Notes under the pieces: generated by a model | Database searches by the model: none | What the model saw: only the letters and a program-made list of their open reading frames with translations | What the model was told of the DNA's origin: nothing | NCBI GenBank assembly: GCA_032718475.1 | Contig: JAUCBJ010001784.1 | Location: forward strand, 40,486 to 104,485 | From: Nemertoderma westbladi | Taxonomy: Eukaryota > Animalia > Xenacoelomorpha | DNA length: 64,000 nucleotides | Direction: 5' to 3' | Shown here: positions 61,180 through 64,000 of the stretch, in pieces | How the letters are laid out: every line of letters starts with the position of its first letter | How positions within the stretch are numbered: the stretch's first letter is position 1 | Made by a program: the position numbers and the translations under genes

Positions 61180-63065
61180 TGTAGGAGGTATTAGTTCCAG
61201 TACTCAATGGAGGAGGTATTAGTTCCAGTACTCAATGGAGGAGGTACCAGTTCCATTACTCTATGGAGAAGGTGTTATTACCAGTACTTATATATATAGG
61301 AGGTATTAGTTGAAGTACTCAATGGAGGAGATATTATGTCCAGTACTCAATGGAGAGGTATTAGTTCCAGCACTCATGTAGGAGGTACTAGTTCCAGTAC
61401 TCTATGGAGAAGGTATTATTACCAGTACTTATATATATAGGGGGTATTAGTTGAAGTACTCAATGGAGGAGATATTAGGTCCACTACTCAATGGAGAGGT
61501 ATTATTTCCAGTACTCAATGGAGGAGGTATTAGTTCCAATACTCATGTAGGAGGTACTAGTTCCAGTACTCAATGTAGGAGGTATTAGTTTGAGTAGTTA
61601 GGTTGTGCCAGTGTGTCGCGATTTTCTGCTTCCAACGTCTTTTCGTGTCCCACTGGGGGATTTCCCTCCATCAGGCACAACGAGATTCGCGATTTTGTTG
61701 CCAACTCGCTGACTGAGGTTGCCTACATCGTTGCTGTCGAACCGCTGCTAAAGACATTATCCGGCGAAACCTTCTCGCATCGTACAACGTCCACGGACCA
61801 GCAGGCGAGACTGGATGTCTCGGTGAGCGGCTTCTGGGGTAACCGATTCCAGCGGTCGTTCATTGACGTATCCGTATTCAACCCACTGGCAGCAACAAAC
61901 GCCGCTATGACATTAGAATCGGCACATCGCCATCACAAGAATCGGAAGATTCTGAAGTATGAGGAGAGAATCAGGGAAGTTGAACACTCAACTTTCACTC
62001 CCCTCATATTTTCAGTGTTTAGTGGGATGGCGCCACCTGCTCGCCAGTTTTTCAAGAGACTCGCCCTGAAGCTGGCTGATAAGCGCGACTTTCGGTATTC
62101 CGAGTGTGTGTCGTGGGTATGGCGATAAGTTAACTTCACGCTGTTGTGCAGGTCTGCCTCGAAACGCCCAGTACAGTGTTCTGTCGCCGATGTATCCATC
62201 CGTCTGGCAAACGCAGACACAGAACCGCAGTTGTGATGGTGGTGGGTATTGCTACTGCACTACTTTTAAAAATCCCTCCATTTGTTTCTATCCTATAATT
62301 ACAGTCAGCTGGTGGTGGGTTTTTTATGATATTTGTAAGATGTGTTTTTTAAATTTGAAAGGTTTTTATACTTTAAGTAAATAAATGAGTAAATGGGTTA
62401 AAAAAGTTCCAGTAATCAATGGAGGAGATATTATTAGGTCCAGTACCAGTACTCAATGGAGGAGGTATTAGTTCCAGCACTCAATGGAGGAGGTATTATT
62501 TCCAGTACTCGTGTAGGAGGTATTAGTTCCAGTACTCACTGGAGGAGGAGGAGGTACCAGTTCCAGTACTCTATGGAGAAGGTATTATTACCAGTATTAG
62601 TTTAAGTACCGGTACTCAATGTAGGAGGTATTAGACCCAGTACTGAATGATGCAGTGTTAGTACAATACTGAAAGTAGAATGTCTAAACTCTACTACTTC
62701 GGGGTCAATGTATTTCTCTCAGTACGCGAAGGAGCACATGGCTTTAGTCACATTACTGTGACCAATGGAGGTCTTAGTTCCAGTACTGCTGGAACAATGT
62801 ATGTATTAGTCCCATTAATCAAGGGATAATGTTTCCAATACTACAGGCGTGGGAGAATGTCTTATTCCCTGTATCACAGTAAACGAATACTTTTAGCCCT
62901 TTTGCGAACTTGATCCACCGCTGGTTATCTTATTATCCTTGATCTATGCGTCTAGCCATTGAGTTGTTAATCCACAACGCTAGATAGCGAGAAAAAGTTT
63001 ATTCTATGAGCAAAAGGGAACGCCTAGTGGCAGTATATAGAACTGCACTGGAGCAATAACTGCAA
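61180..63065. repeat. Second, more diverged block of the 28-bp satellite with one copy of the structured spacer
   Basis: Same monomer and spacer (CCTTGATCTATGCGTCTAGCC...GGAGCAATAA) as in 37189-54805. Confidence 0.92.
61591..62405 (+). mobile_element. 5'-truncated CRE-like retrotransposon (Zn finger end, RLE domain, 3' UTR, A tail) of a different family from 33223-37188
   Basis: SCPTGGFPSIRHNEIRD, RLDVSVSGFW, FIDVSVFNP, KILKY, FTPLIFS; satellite on both sides. Confidence 0.85.
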
Positions 63066-63415
63066 TAAGATTTCTACATTTATGATAAATATTGGGGAAA
63101 TTATTATCAAAAGCATTATTACCTTTAGGGGAGAATTTGTGATACCCAGGTAATTATGTGGTTGTGGTCAGGATTTTATTGCAAAAATAATCCTAGACAT
63201 AGCCAAATTCGTCCCGTGATGTTAATAACATCCCTTTTAATGATAGCCAGTAATATATCCTGTTTGGAGGTACTTTTTACTTTTTGGAGTGTGCTTTAAA
63301 TAAACTTAAATATTTCGTAAGACGACATGCATAAATAAACTATACATGCATAAACGACACAAATAAACTAACTACCTATGCATGGGAATCATTCTTAAGT
63401 GGGGTTGCGTCCAAT

Positions 63416-63612
63416 GCCTTGGCGAATTAATATATCCGCCTCAATGTTAAGTTCTCAATTTAGGGAAAGGAGCAGGTCACAGTGGCACGTTCAACCAAAA
63501 CAATAAACTAAGCACATTAAAACAGGTTACAGTTTTATTTTTGAGAATAATCAGCTGTTATTTGCAGTCGAATTTCCCATATGGAGAGGGATGAATTTGT
63601 ATTACGTCCAGT
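63416..63612 (+). repeat. Copy of the 19828-20030 dispersed repeat, followed by a poly-C run
   Basis: Colinear similarity to 19828-20030. Confidence 0.8.
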
Positions 63613-63613
63613 T

Positions 63614-63645
<32 letters not shown>

Positions 63646-64000
63646 TATCTGATTTCTATATAGTATGGGATGGGATGCGGGATGTCCCAGTATGAAATTA
63701 AATAATATATTCAATTATTCCCAAAAGGGTCGGATCTGAAATGGAAAAAAAAACAAATAAAACAATAAGTAAAAAAATAATAAAATAAAAAAAAACATAT
63801 ATATATAAAAAACAAAAAAAAAACCGCTTTGCTGATTTTGAAAAAAAATCAATGTTTTTTCAAACCCTGGTTGTGATATTGAATGATGAAATATTTTTAG
63901 TAGTAACATGATGGAATGCTACATATAGAGAATCCCTATATAGCAATAATAATAATAATATTTATAAGTTCAACATTTAAACAAGGTATATAAATAAATA

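Noticed and set aside
63614-63645. Long poly-C run and other C/G homopolymers
   Set aside because: Simple repeats prone to sequencing error; some TE frameshifts at such runs may be artefacts.

Overview
Repeat-dominated animal (invertebrate-type) genomic DNA. Three host genes lie among nested transposons, each as one uninterrupted ORF: an ABCC/MRP transporter (open at the left edge), complex I subunit NDUFS2, and an HHAT/Rasp-like MBOAT acyltransferase. Mobile DNA includes two related non-autonomous BEL/Pao-derived LTR elements (A: 3622-14048, minus; B: 37907-44977, plus, apparently identical 548-bp LTRs, ATACA TSD), two RTE LINE copies, two CR1/L2-group LINEs, an intact CRE-like RLE retrotransposon plus a divergent 3' fragment, and a truncated GalEa-type Copia element. 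There are also Helentron-like MITEs, a tRNA-Thr-derived pseudogene, a 68-bp minisatellite and about 12 kb of 28-bp satellite with higher-order repeats. The most unusual signal is the BEL/Pao-derived family. Neither copy has a tRNA PBS; in each, the bases right after the 5' LTR are complementary to a segment inside its own LTR, with different sequence but the same pairing geometry, suggesting self-priming. Both copies carry 3' stem-loop arrays and a hairpin abutting the PPT, and A has an extra triple-CCHC ORF after the pol remnant. The two CRE-like elements also end at nearly the same phase of the 28-bp satellite. Family calls rest on motif recognition only; no searches were run.
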